DNA from: Negaprion brevirostris
Lineage: Eukaryota
Length of the DNA: 64,000 nt
Direction of reading: 5' to 3'
Assembly: GCA_030324005.1 (NCBI GenBank)
Contig: JARDVH010000110.1
Span: forward strand, 49,572,833-49,636,832
Shown: positions 39,340-52,199 of the stretch, piece by piece
How the letters are laid out: each line of letters opens with the position of its first letter
Position numbering within the stretch: the first letter of the stretch is position 1
Position numbers and translations under genes: made by a program
Notes under the pieces: model-generated
Database searches by the model: none
Told to the model about the DNA's origin: nothing
Seen by the model: only the letters and a program-made list of their open reading frames with translations

Positions 39340-39622
39340 TAAAGTTTATTTTTTAGTCATAAGTAAGGCTTACATTAACACTGCAATGAAGTTACTGTGA
39401 AATTCCCCTAGTCGTCACAGTCCAGCACCTATTTGGATCAATGCACCTAAGCAGCACATCTTTCAGACTATGGAAGGAAACCAGAGCACCCAGAGGAAAC
39501 CCACACATACATGGGGAGAACGTGCAAACTCCACACAATGGAGACAATGACACAAGCCGGGAATCAAACTCGGGTCCATGGCGCTGTGAGGCAGCAGTGC
39601 TAACCACTGTGCTACCATGCCA
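39340..39622 (-). mobile_element. HE1/V-SINE-like element
   Basis: Same head and core, with the tail type of 10985-11280. Confidence 0.85.
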
Positions 39623-41062
39623 CCTCTATTATCTGTTCCAAATAAAAATATATGTGGGTGGAGTGTGGTGGGGGCTGACACCTCACATGAAGCCCAAATT
39701 TAATACCCAACCTTTATCTTATTGTATCTCCAGGAAATCTAGCATATTGTTGCAGACAATATGAATTGTCACTCCTGTAGTTTTGAAATTTGCTTAACCT
39801 TTTTCTCCAAAACAGAAGTAGGATTGCTAAATATATTTTCAACCACTAATTCAGTTATCTCACCCTGATGAGTTGGGAAATGGCCTAGCCAGTGCCACTG
39901 TGATATTATCAGCACTGAGCAAATTTCTCCTCAGTGAAGGATATCAAACACTTGCTGGAAAATTTAAATGCTATCTAAATAGTAAGATGATCTCATTTTG
40001 TTTTCTTCTTAAGGTAGTAGATGTAGCTTTGTGGTTATCAGTGATCCTCTGACATTTTAGCCAAATGGCCATTATTCATGTGGAACTCTGGAATGCTCAA
40101 CGTGCCAGTTAAAAACAGTGGACATCATATCCAAACCTAAACCTTTCATCATTCAAAAGTACTTTAATAGAATGAGATGTGGAAATCAAACTGATATTTC
40201 ATTTCCATAGCTTAGGGAAACCACAACAACTGTAGCCTGCCACTGCTATGTAGCGAGACCAGTTAACTCAGCAGAGATCAAAAAATAAAAGTAATGAATC
40301 TCTAAGTTCAGCAGCTCATCACATAGTGTACTCACCAATACTGCAGTCCAGGGAACTTTCAAACAATTAGTTAGCTAGACAAAGCATATCCTTGTCAAGT
40401 AAATTAGTCTAGTTTTAAGATGGATTTCCCCTGAAATAAATACTTTTTCATTAGATTGGACATTGCTAATTATAAACACAATTTGCATCTAATCTTTGTG
40501 CTACAAATGCCTTTCTAACATCTCTCTTACACAGACATAAGATGGTGCAACAGCTTAGAACATAATAGGAAATATTCTGCTTTGGGATTTCTGCCACATT
40601 TTCTTTCTGCTCTTAAATTTGAATGGATAAAAGTTTATACACCATGGGTGCAATAAACATTTTCAGTATCTATCAGGATCATAGAAATGGAAAATTTACC
40701 CGATAGTCCTTTCATTTCTGGGATACAGCCCAAGAACGATAATGGAAGAAGTCTATTCCAACGTTGGTTGTCCTATACAATGTGCACTTAAAATAGTTAT
40801 AAAAGTCCACAGAACAAAACTGTCCAAACTTCTGTAAACAATGGCAATCCCATTTAGAAAGGCTGTAAATCTAATAGTTCTGTGAAAATAATATGTCATA
40901 GAAGTGCAACAGGAGATGCACTTCAGGAGGTGAAGGCTGATGTTAGGTACAACAGAAGGAATATTATATTGCATTAAATTGGTCTTACATCTGAGCTGAG
41001 ATGTTTAGCCCACAGCGCACAGTCGAGATGTTAAAGCAGTGGGAAAATCTCTCCACCTCAAC

Positions 41063-41345
41063 TTGGCTAAGATCAAGTGTAGTATCAACATGCTGTACTT
41101 GGTTTAAGTCATTAGGTTACATTTTAGCTTTATTTGAAGCAATTTTTAAAAGCGGCCTTTTGGCTAAGATGCAAATGAGATCAAGCCTTGGAGGAGATGC
41201 AATGCCGACTCCAATCAGCTTGGATCATGTCGATCAAGCCCAAGACAGGAGGTGAGAGCCCTGTCTTGTCAGCTTGGAATGGGAATGTCTCACTTATTGA
41301 GACTCTGAATTGGACTTGATTTGATTGAACTGGGTTGAAAAAAAA
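41063..41345 (+). mobile_element. U2 snRNA-derived SINE-like element, copy 1
   Basis: TTGGCTAAGATCAAGTGTAGTATC (41063-41086) = U2 nt 17-40; CGGCCTTTTGGCTAAGAT (41153-41170) = U2 nt 10-27; two ~54-nt hairpin units; A-run at 41338-41345. Confidence 0.7.
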
Positions 41346-42769
41346 CAAAATCCTCTCTAAAAAAATGCGTATAATTAGCAGGTCAGTTACTGGCTTTGGC
41401 CCATGGCCACTTTTTCCCCTGAACATCTGATTCATCATTTATTGACTCAATATAACAAACAGGATTGTTTATAAACATGTTTTAAACAAATCAAGGTCAG
41501 GAACAAGGATCAGATGTTTAACACAGCAATGCAATGTAGATGTAATAACATAATCATGAGTTAATGGGCCACATCTTACCGAGATGGGTGTGGTGGGCGG
41601 GGGGAGGCCTCAGGAGGACATCTCATGCAAATCAGCCTTTTTGATTGGTCGACAGCTCCATCAATCCTGGCAGCACCAATGCTGAATAATGGGCACTGCT
41701 GAGATTGCAGGAAGAAAGCTCAAGAAAAATCATGACTACCCAATGGTAGTACACCTAGGGTTATCTAGGAATTTTAGGGTGAGGAGGAATCCCAGTGCTC
41801 AGGGTGGGGGTGAGGGGGCTGGATTGTCAGTTTCTGTCAAAGAGGCTGAGCAAGAAAATGGATGTAACATCTTTAATGTGGTGCCCTGAATGTGTGCATG
41901 ATTCCTCCCTCTCCCAGCCTACTGCCTTTGATCATGTAGGCCTTAAAAAACAAATGGCCTGTTGACTCCCATCTGACTGGCCACATTAAATTAATTTTTA
42001 GCATATGTTCACATGTTCATACAGACACTTCTTTTACCCGCTTTTGGGAATAGTGGTAGGATTCCCGAGCTATTAGCCCATTGAATGAGTTATGAATGCT
42101 ACTTCCATGGCCAACAAATTCAAGTCCAACGCCAGAACTTGGATTTCTGGTTCAGAGGTATGGATGCTATTATGTTATGGCGTGATAGTATATTGTTCAG
42201 GCCAATATGCTTTTTAAAGCTAAAATGTCCCTTAATTATTTAGTCACATAAGGCGAGTACCCACATAACATAATATGGCATAATACAAGGGTGGGTGGGT
42301 GACTAGGAGTGGATTAGCCGCCCGGCCTATCCCCATTTTTCCCTACCCTCTATTCCAACTCTTCCTCTCTTCCTTCTCTCCACTCCACCCACCCTACCAA
42401 AATCATGCCTGGAGGGTACACAAAATCCAGCCCAGGTCTTCAATTGTACAATGCAACATTAGGAGATCAGTTCATTGGGTTGATGTTACTGCAACGAGCA
42501 GGCACCTGGTAAAGGACAAAGGTAGAGCTAGTCTGTCTTCATCAAAGGTTAATGCATGAAACTTAGTATAACACAAGTGCAGACAAGGGGAGTGATTCTC
42601 TGACCTCATCATGCCATTAACATATCATGCCAGTCCAACAGAACAGCTTGCGGGCTTAAAAATCGGTTTCATACCCGACACTAAGCAGCTTGCGAATCTC
42701 CCAGTTTCTGTCTAATGGTACAAACTGGATTGTACCCAGAAAGGACACGATTCCGACTGTCATATATAA

Positions 42770-43099
42770 AGTAGCATTAGATAGAGTGGACAGTGAGAGC
42801 CTTTCTCCTCGGATGGAGATGGCTAGTATGAAGGGACATAACTTTAAATTGAGGGGTGATAGATATAGGACAGATGTCAGAGGTAGGTTCTTTATTTAGA
42901 GAGTAGTAAGGGCGTGGAATGCCCTGCCTACGACAGTAGTGGACTCGCCAATATTAAGGGCATTTAAACGGTCATTGGATAAACATATGGATGATATTGG
43001 AATAGTGTAGGTTAGATGGGCTTTAGATTGGATTCACAGGTTGGCGCAACATCAAGGGCCGAAGGGCTTGTACTGCGCTGTAATGTTCTATGTTCTATG
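42770..43099 (+). mobile_element. Young CR1 3' end
   Basis: GHNFKLRGDRYRTDVRGRFF; tail gggccgaagggcttgtactgcgctgtaatgttctatgttctatg. Confidence 0.85.
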
Positions 43100-46000
43100 C
43101 ATAACCCACTCAAATCCCAGCACATGGATTCTCTGGCCTATGGGTGCGGCATGTTAACAGCAAGAAACAGTATTGGTTTCCAGTAACGAAGGAAAACCTG
43201 GCACAATGATCATGCTGGGGGGCTCAGATCACTGCAGCTGGGAGCATGACTAGATGGTGCCCATTGGGCAATTCCCACCTGATGTGCCACCTGGCACACT
43301 GGCAGTGCCTGACAGTTTGCCAGGGCAGTGCCCCAATGTCAGTGACTCTCATCAGGGACAGGGTGGGGGCACATGCCACCGATGAGGGGAATCCCTATGT
43401 GCGTGGGAGGTGGGACGGCGTGTCACTGTGAAATTGGGATGCCCTTGCAAAATGGTGCCCGAGTACTCTGAAGCTAGGCTCACTGGCGTGTTTAGTTTAA
43501 TTAAACTTGTAGCTTGTGTTAATTACGTTCAAATGCATCCACAATTTGGGCAAAATGGAGGAATAGAAACCCATGTTTGCAGGGGAGGGGGAGGGGGAAC
43601 AGAAACAGTGACTGAAAAACAAAATTCAGCAATGTAAATTACTACATGTCAATTATATTAATTTGAGTACTCATATGTTACACCACTCCTATATATTAAC
43701 ACGGAGAAGAATTTGTTTCTACGAATGAGTTATGAAGTTCCATCCTGTGCTAAAGTAATAGGCTATAATTAGAGGTATAGAACCACTGGATTTTCCTGCT
43801 TATTGAAATTCTGAGTGGCTCACAGCCTTAATTCTAATTCTCTATTGTATTTGCCTGTCTAGCTTTGGAAGCCATCTTAAAGATACTTTACCAGCACATG
43901 TTGCCAGATGTAGTGTAATCAGCAGGTTTAGGTTCAACAATGTGCCCAATTTTACACAGGCTCCTGTTTAAATTTAGATTTCAAAATAGAAGGTAAGGAG
44001 TATTTTATAATTACCTAATCCTTACTTACACACATAGATACATGCACAGCAATAATGAAAGATTACTCTGATGTCTAAGTGGATCATATGGCAGCTCAAA
44101 TGCTGGTTATAGTACTCAAAGATGGCCACTTCAAGTAGTCACTATAATCATGTCCACAGTAATATTTCATGTGTGATTTCTTTTATGCATTCAGCTTAGT
44201 AATTGGAGCAATGGAAAAAGACAGTCACCTTGGGTGAAAATTCTAATTATACAAAAGAATCTTGAGGCTGACCAGCATCGCCATATGTATCATTTCTTTT
44301 AAAAATCTACAAAATATTCAGTTGAGGAAAGTCCTAATTGTGGGTTCCTACTTCCGCAGAAACGAACATGACTTAGGACTCTGTATACCTCAAACTATTA
44401 TGGCTTAGCACTACTTTCAACAAATAACTGCAATTGGCGCCACATCTTTCAGTCAGTACCACACACACAATTCTAACAGTAACACTTGGTCACTAGGTTC
44501 CCTAGAATTGAACACACAGCAGCGTACCACAAATTCATTCCTCCAGTGCTAAAGAAAAGCAAAGCATGCTGCTGGTGGTAATATTCAGAGTAAAACCACT
44601 TACATCTAATATATGCTAGAACACTACATCATCCAAAGTATTTAAACACTCCAAATCAATAAGTTGTCTTTGTGAACAAAAGATTACAAATCAGAAATCT
44701 TTATCCAAATGTGATATTATAGCTAATGTCAGGGCATAATTCTAAAGGTTACAGTGGCATTTTAGATTCTTTAAGCTAGCAATGCATTATTTCAACAAAT
44801 ATCGATTTGACATTTTAAATAAAACAGATTTAAAGATTGCATCATAATTATTGACATTCTCTTGACCAATGTCAAAAATCAACTTGCTCACGGTCAGTAA
44901 AATACTTGCTCTGTCTAAGATAACTCTCTCATTTATCATTTTAAGCTAATACCTCATAAAATATTTGCTTCTACATATCCTACTGGAGAAAAAAAACTCT
45001 CCTCTTAAATTTGCAATCAACGGGTTTCAGAAATATTTCTTCAGAACAAGGCCAGTTTTGCTCGTTTTATTTAAACCTACTTGGCACTAGGAGGTTAGGA
45101 GGTAACACCACAACATTACAATATCTTAAACTTAATGCACCTGCAATACAAAACACCAATGGAAGTTACACGATGGCACTGCACATGTCGAATGGTAGAA
45201 CAGATATTTATACTTAGATGAGCACCTTGAAACACCATGACATATAAGGCTATGGACGAGTGCTGGAACAGATAGCTGCTTGATGGGCAGTGCAGATAAA
45301 ATGGGCCAAAGGGCCTATTTTGAGCTGTGGTATGACTCTACCCCAGTTGTTCATATGCTAAAAAAATGAGAATCTTCCCCATGCCTGCTAGCTGCAAGGA
45401 TCCTAAATGTAATGATGTACATAAGCCAATAGCAAATACATTTTCCTCAAGTGGCACCAGTTGGCTATTTCATTGAATGCGATTATACAATGGTTAATGG
45501 GAAAAACAAATACTCAAATGGAAAGACAGCTTTTCTATGCTTGAGGCTAATAGGAGGTTTACTCTGGACTTCAGTGTTGTCTGATTGGTAGTGCTAATGC
45601 CAGGGGTGGAATTCACTCATNNNNNNNNNNNNNNNNNNNNNNNNNNNNNNNNNNNNNNNNNNNNNNNNNNNNNNNNNNNNNNNTGGCAAGACACACCAAA
45701 ACTTCTGGTCTGACCTCATTAATTGAGCACCTGAGTATCTTACACCATATGCAATGACAAAGCAGGCCTGGATGGCGCAAAATCCTCTATGGTGCCCAGG
45801 TGCCCTACTGAAAAGACACCCGACATCACTGGTCCACTGTTGAAGAAAGGTGGACTGCTTGAAAATGAAGACAGATCTCTGAGAGCACTCAGACAGAAGA
45901 TGGACATGCTGAGAATGAAGATGGATCTTTAGGAACATTGAGGCTGAAGATGGACCCCCTGATGGGCAGCAAATCTGGAAGGTCCGCGTGCTGATGCTCC

Positions 46001-46675
46001 CCAACCCATTTCTATGCTGTCCTGGAGTCCAGGTTACTGGCAGCCTCATTTCAAACACCAGCAGCAACCCCAGACATTGTTCAGCTGAGTCTCAACATCT
46101 GCATGCCACACTGTTCCAAGCTGACCTGTTTTCCTGCTGGCATCATAGAGAATCTGGCGTAGGCTGTTGGGTCTTCATCTGCATCCTATTAACAAGGTGC
46201 AAAGGAGGCCCATGCCTCTGGTGGGCTTCCCAACCACTTCTATCTCCCAGGAGTCAAAAAAGTGCATGGGGCTTTTAAATTCCTCTTGCCTGTACCAATT
46301 CCAAGTTTTTCCAGATCTATATTCATTCTGTATTCGATATTTCTGACTTTGTTTGTGCATCTTCCTCCATAGTTTCACACTACAATGTAATCAGGGTTTT
46401 CAAGCACCACAGACCTGCTCTCTGTCTCTACACTGTTATGCTTTCCCGTACCTTTCTCTTTCTTTTAAAAGCTTATCTCCTTGACTAAAATATTGGTCAA
46501 CCTTTTTAATCTCTTCTTTCCTGGCTCAACATCCATTTTCTGCATGCTTATCAGTGAAGTGCTTTGGGATTTTATATAAATGTCTTATAAATACAAATGC
46601 ACTTTGTATGGTGTGTTTTTGTGAATAATTACTAAAAGATTAATAATTATATGTTTCTCCTCATTGCAACATTAC

Positions 46676-46807
46676 CTGATAGATATCCGACAGGCTGCTG
46701 CTCCCAGAGTCACTGGCAATACTGCACCCGGACTGGCTGGAAGGGACATGTGGCACCTGTGGATGTGGATTGTCTGTGAGGTGCATCTTGGAAAGATCTG
46801 CAGGAAG
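46676..46807 (-). CDS. RAPGEF6: RAPGEF6 exon, 132 nt, phase 0-0: [44 protein letters not shown]
   Basis: tttttacag|CTT ... TATCAG|gtaatg; translation matches the RAPGEF2/6 Ser-rich segment. Confidence 0.93.
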
Positions 46808-49064
46808 CTGTAAAAATTATGAGGAGGAAGGGGAGAAAAAAAATCCATTAATTTGATAAATGAACCAAAAACATAAATTAAAAACTTTTAGACATGCTTG
46901 CTGAACTTTATAATAGTCTTTTAAAATGATCTAGGGCTTTGCAAAGAGGGCATTTGATTTAGGAAAAAACTAAGTAATACTTCAGTGTTGTTGTGTGCAC
47001 TTCTATTGCATGTGTGCAATGGATATTGATAAAGATATTTGCATGCAAGATACCAATTCAACTAAAATAAAAAATCATGCTGTATTGCAGAATATTTTGG
47101 TCTGTAGAACTAGCAAAAAATAAGCTATCAAAAATCAACATTGCTAATATATTCAAAATTGAAAAAAAGCGCTGCTCCGTTGAGGCAAAGATTATAAGAA
47201 TATGAGGCTAGAAATAAAGAAAAGTCCATATCTGAGTTGTCCAAACTACAGCCATGGCGACATCCATCTTACAAACTCCTATTATGTCTTTTGCTGACTT
47301 GCTGGTATTTGTGCTGCTACTGGTTTCAGTTTTTGATTTGGGAAAACTAAAAAAAGCAACTCCTTCATTTGTAGATTTATGAGCCTAAATCATCACTGAG
47401 AATCAATAAAGGAGGAGACTTGTCCAATCTTCAAAGGTTGGAAAATTCAAAACAGCACAAGTACAACTGAGCCAGAAACACAGAAAGGAAATAATGCAGA
47501 ACGGACAACAGAAGGCAGATAATAGTAGATGATAGGCATGCAGAGCATCACTCAAAGCTGGGAAACTATATGGGGAATAAAGCTCAAACAACCAAAGAAT
47601 TTTAGTACGTCTGAAAATCTTCATGCAATGTACCAAAGGGTTTGGGTGATGCAAAATTTAAGTATTTGGATTTCTACAATGAATCATGTGCATTTAAAAA
47701 AAAAATGCCCAGGATCCCAGGAACTTTCATTTGAATTACAATGCTGAGCTGGGAATGGTTCAGTGCAAAAATGCTACATTCCAAATTATGGAATTATGTC
47801 TAATAATTATCTTTTTCTGATCCAAATAGCTATTAACTAATTTTCTACATCTGTAGCAAAGAGTTAACACAGACAGAATGGATCGAACTGTCTTCTTTGG
47901 TTCTATAAACGTATCTAGTTGTGGTACATAGGACTACCCCCCTGCTCCAAAAGTTGGGACATCATTTTTCCATGTGAAAACAGGTGTCCAAAAAGATTGT
48001 CAATGAAACCTTGGGCAGATTAACCTGGAATAGATGTATGAAATGTGAGTATCTAACTGGGTAAAATACATTTCCATAACAATCAAAAGCCAAAACCAAG
48101 AATTTACATGTCTGAATGGAAATGTTAAAACCATATAATATGATCTAATAGGACACATGAACAGCTGCACAAACAAATGTTAAGTCCTTTAAAGTACAAT
48201 GAGGCCATTACGCAAACCTCCAAAAAACATCCAGTTTTGATGAGCAAACATGGAAATAGACAAAAATAAACATTTTTATTTTTGTTTCTTGCTTTTTCTT
48301 TACTCTTGCAAAATTCTAACCTACATGTAGAGAAAAAGCAGAGAAAATGAAGAGCAGGAAAGGGGAGCAAGTGGACCTATCAAATTATCGGAAGGTGAGA
48401 AAGAATCATATGCTGAGGGGAGGGCAGGCAGAAAGACAAAGTTCAACAACCAACAACTCTCAATAGGATTTAAGAGGAAAGCTCAAATTATTAAAATAAA
48501 CAAATTCTATAAAATGAAGCAAGAGTGAGAGGCAATGAAAAAGGTTCACAAAAGCAATAAATTCTCAGCAATGACACAACTGATGGTGAAAGTGTCAGCT
48601 TCGCTTTCATTACAACCATAAAACTGGCAGCAATTTAATGACATTTGCACATGCGCATATGCCAATGATTTCTTATTTTTCCACAGGGTGGGCTCTTGAA
48701 ATCCCCATAGGTAGACATTCTGTGAAGTCTTTTGACAAGAACTACACTTTTATGCTGTAAAAACTTGAAAAAGTTAAAATTTGTTGAATGAAGTGCAGTT
48801 GAGTTTTAATAGTGTGCCAAGCACATAACTATTGCTTAAACATTTTTCTGGCCCTGAGAAACTAATGATATATTTGTAGAATATTAATTTTCATCATGAT
48901 TTAAAAAATACAAAGTTGTGAATTTTTTAAAGTTTATAATATTTCAGATTCTACTGTAACAATGTGCATGTCCCAATTTTTGTTTTACTATCCTTTTTTT
49001 AAGCCATTTTATAGATAATCAGCGATTTTCACTTCTAGATTTGTTGGATGACGTGAGTGTGGCT

Positions 49065-49950
49065 GCCCATGACATCAAGGCAGCATTTGACTGAGACATC
49101 AAGAAGCCCTAGCAAAACTGGAGTCCATGGGAATCGAGGTAAACCCACCACTGGTTGAAGCTGGCACAGAGGATGGTGATTATGGTGGCTGAAAGTCAAG
49201 CATCTCNNNNNNNNNNNNNNNNNNNNNNNNNNNNNNNNNNNNNNNNNNNNNNNNNNNNNNNNNTAACCTTCCTTCCATCATACAGTCAGGAGTGAGGATG
49301 TTTGTTAATGACTGCTCAATGTTCACCATTATTTGCAACCTCTCAGATACTGATGCAGTTCGTGCCCAAATGCAACATTACCTGGACAATATCCAAGGTT
49401 GGGCTGACAAGCGGCAAGTAATATTCATGCCACAGAAGTATCAGGCACTTACCCATCTCCAACTGAGAGGATGTAACCATTGCCACATGACATTCAATGG
49501 CATTTCCATTGCCAAATCCCCCATTATCAAACAACATCCTGGGTTACCACTGACCAGAAAGTGAACTGGACTAGTTGCATAAATACAAGAGCAGGTCAAA
49601 GACTAGGAATCCTGTGGTCATTCCCTCCCCAATTCCTCAAAGTCTGTCCTTACCTAAAGCTCTTTAGGCAGCTCCTATCAAACCCACACCACCACCATCC
49701 AGAAGGACAAAGGCAGCAGATACTTGGGAACAACACCACCAGGAAGTTCCCCTCCAAATCACTCACCATCCTGACTTGGAAATATATCAATGTTCCTTCA
49801 CCATTGCTGGATCAAAATCCTGGATGTATCTACATCTCAGGGATTGCAGCACTTCAAGGAAAAGGTTCACCACCACCTTCTCAAGGACAACTAAAGATGG
49901 GCACTAAATGCTGACCTAGCCAGTGTCGCCCACATTCATAAATGAAAAAC
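49065..49950 (+). mobile_element. CR1-group LINE, 3' part, same family as 8690-9807
   Basis: gacatcaaggcagcatttgac; MFVNDCSMF..LDNIQGWADK; shared 3' tail. Confidence 0.8.
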
Positions 49951-52199
49951 TTAAGTAAATAACTGGCTATTTGGCTTGCTTGATGACATCTATTATTGGA
50001 TTGGAAGTCCCTGGTACTGCCCACAGGATGAAAATAACTTCAGGGAAAATTTAATCCACGCCACAGAAATTGCTAGCTCTTTTGAAAAGCATTCTTTAGG
50101 GATAAGTGTGATCACTTATTCCTGACTGAGAAATCTGGCTCAAATGTTTCAGAGGAAACCAGTGTTGTAACACAAAAAAAACCCCATAATACAGGGGGCC
50201 TGCTATGAGGTGAAAGTTTTGTTTTAGCCTCTTCGCAGTCACTCAGCAAAGGTGTACACCAAAGGCATAGCAATCAGGGGGGATTCCCAAACTACATTCC
50301 AGGACTGTGCTGCATTAATTGAACTCAACTAGGGTAGCAGTAGAGATCCTAAACTTTGAGGATAATCAAGCATGATTCTCAATCCTAACCACTATTCAAC
50401 AACTATATGTGAAGATCAGGCAAGAACTGGATTTCAGCCATGATGCATCCCTACAACTGAGTGACCAGCCAACGTTCACTAGCAACACTCGCAGATGAAT
50501 AGGATACAACATACTGATAGAAGGGTATTTTAGCAAAGGGGAGGAGGGGTAAAAGCGATGAAGGAAATGGTCAAGAAAAAATATGAAAAAGTGTAATTTT
50601 TCTCTTAAAAGTCCTCAGTGTGACCAAATCTGAAATGCTGAAGCAGGCAGAGCTAGTTGTATGGCAGTTACAGTGCTATATAGCATAAACAATATTTAGC
50701 CACTGGCAATGAAGCCTACCTTAGCAAGTTAAAAATTAATTTTCACGTCTTTTTTGTCATTTTTACTATTTAAAAGTAGGCATTTTGCCCATTATACCCA
50801 AGATGACTTCATATATAGTTAGAATATTTTCAGTTCTTTTTGTCAGCTACTGGTCATGGAAATGAAAAACAGCATCTGCAAGATTGCTTTCACAGCTGGC
50901 ATAATACAAGAGGAAATATAAATGCGATTTTGTGACAAAAAATGCAGACTTTGGCAAAGTAAATCTGCAATCTTGAGACAAATTTGAAAAATCATAACAA
51001 GACTTCACACAGACTGAAAATGGTATAAGAATATGATTCTTCACAGAAAACTTAGCATTTCTTTTTACATGAAAACTTTGCACCATACGACAAAACAGAT
51101 CCTCATCAAAAAACTCAAATAAAGATGATTTATTTATAGCAAATGTGTGCTTGCCTTTCTTAAGTAAACCGCATTTGTACGAGCGACTGTTAATTTTGTC
51201 CTGAATTATTGCTTCAAGAAACATTTCCACCACTGAGGCTAAACTGTAGTTGCTGGGTTTATCCTTACACACTAATGAACAACAGTATAAAGTTTGCAAT
51301 TTTTCAGTCCATTGGTACAACCCTGAATCTGAGGAGACTTGGAAAATTATGGCCTGTGCCTCCACAGCTTCCACCCTTATTTCCTATTAGTACCCCTGGA
51401 TGTATCTCATCTGGTCTTGGCAACGTATAAACTTTTGGTACAACTAGCTTATCCAGTACCTCCTCTTTACCAATTTAGCCCACTCAATTGGGAGTAATTT
51501 TGAGCCCACACACTCCATCTAAGGAAATGACACAGAGTGCTCAAAATCCGAAGAGTACAATTTACATCAGTGAATTTATGAGTTCTGATCTTACAGGCTT
51601 CTTGCTGGTGCAGCAGTGTGAAACACTGTGCAGGACTGCAGAAAGTTAATTTTAGTACATTAGCGAGTACTCTGTCTGGGACAACCCTCGCCTCCAAAAC
51701 CAGATATTCGGTGGGTGCAGCGTACCATCACATCAGTGCCATTTACAGCAAATTCACCTAGATATGAACCTGCCTTGGAGATCTCCCTGAGATTGTAAAA
51801 TTCGGTGTCATTCAGGGTAAAGGGACATGGCCAGGCAACGGCGCTGGCACAGGTTAGCACTGTGTCAACCTGGCAGTGCCAATCTGTGCCAAAGGGTGAG
51901 ATCCTGTGAGTATGTGGAGAACATCAATTAAGTGTGCCCTGGAGCAGGTGGAAGACCTGGCAAGTCCCGACTATTGTCAGGGATGGGGTGTGGCGACTGA
52001 GACTTCTGTGTTGGGCTGGAGATTAGGATTGAAGGGGAGCGGGAGGGGAGAAGAGGAGATTTATTCAGATTCTGATCAGGGTGCACTTTAAAGATATCAC
52101 ACGGATCTCTAAGCAGCCAGGTTTTGCTGGCGTGTTGAGCCCTGCCCTCCCTGAATGACACTGTGAAACATACCTCTTAGTATTTTTTGGCAGGATGTG

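Larger units (their letters stand above)
1903..46807 (-). other. RAPGEF6: Span of identified coding exons of Rap guanine nucleotide exchange factor 6 (PDZ-GEF2); gene continues beyond both window ends
   Basis: 11 exons with GT-AG boundaries and consistent phases join to 584 codons without a stop. RAPGEF6-type residues as recalled: [73 protein letters not shown]. Confidence 0.9.

Noticed and set aside
41063-41170. Functional U2 snRNA gene
   Set aside because: Only nt 10-40 are represented; there is no Sm site, no 3' stem-loops and no full ~190-nt body.
45594-46278. 157-aa and 96-aa ORFs
   Set aside because: The 157-aa ORF runs through an N gap and neither has a recognisable domain; probably an old unclassified retroelement.
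50847-51374. Longest ORF (175 aa)
   Set aside because: The N-terminal half is decayed CR1 RT-region sequence and the rest is intron read-through; not a gene.
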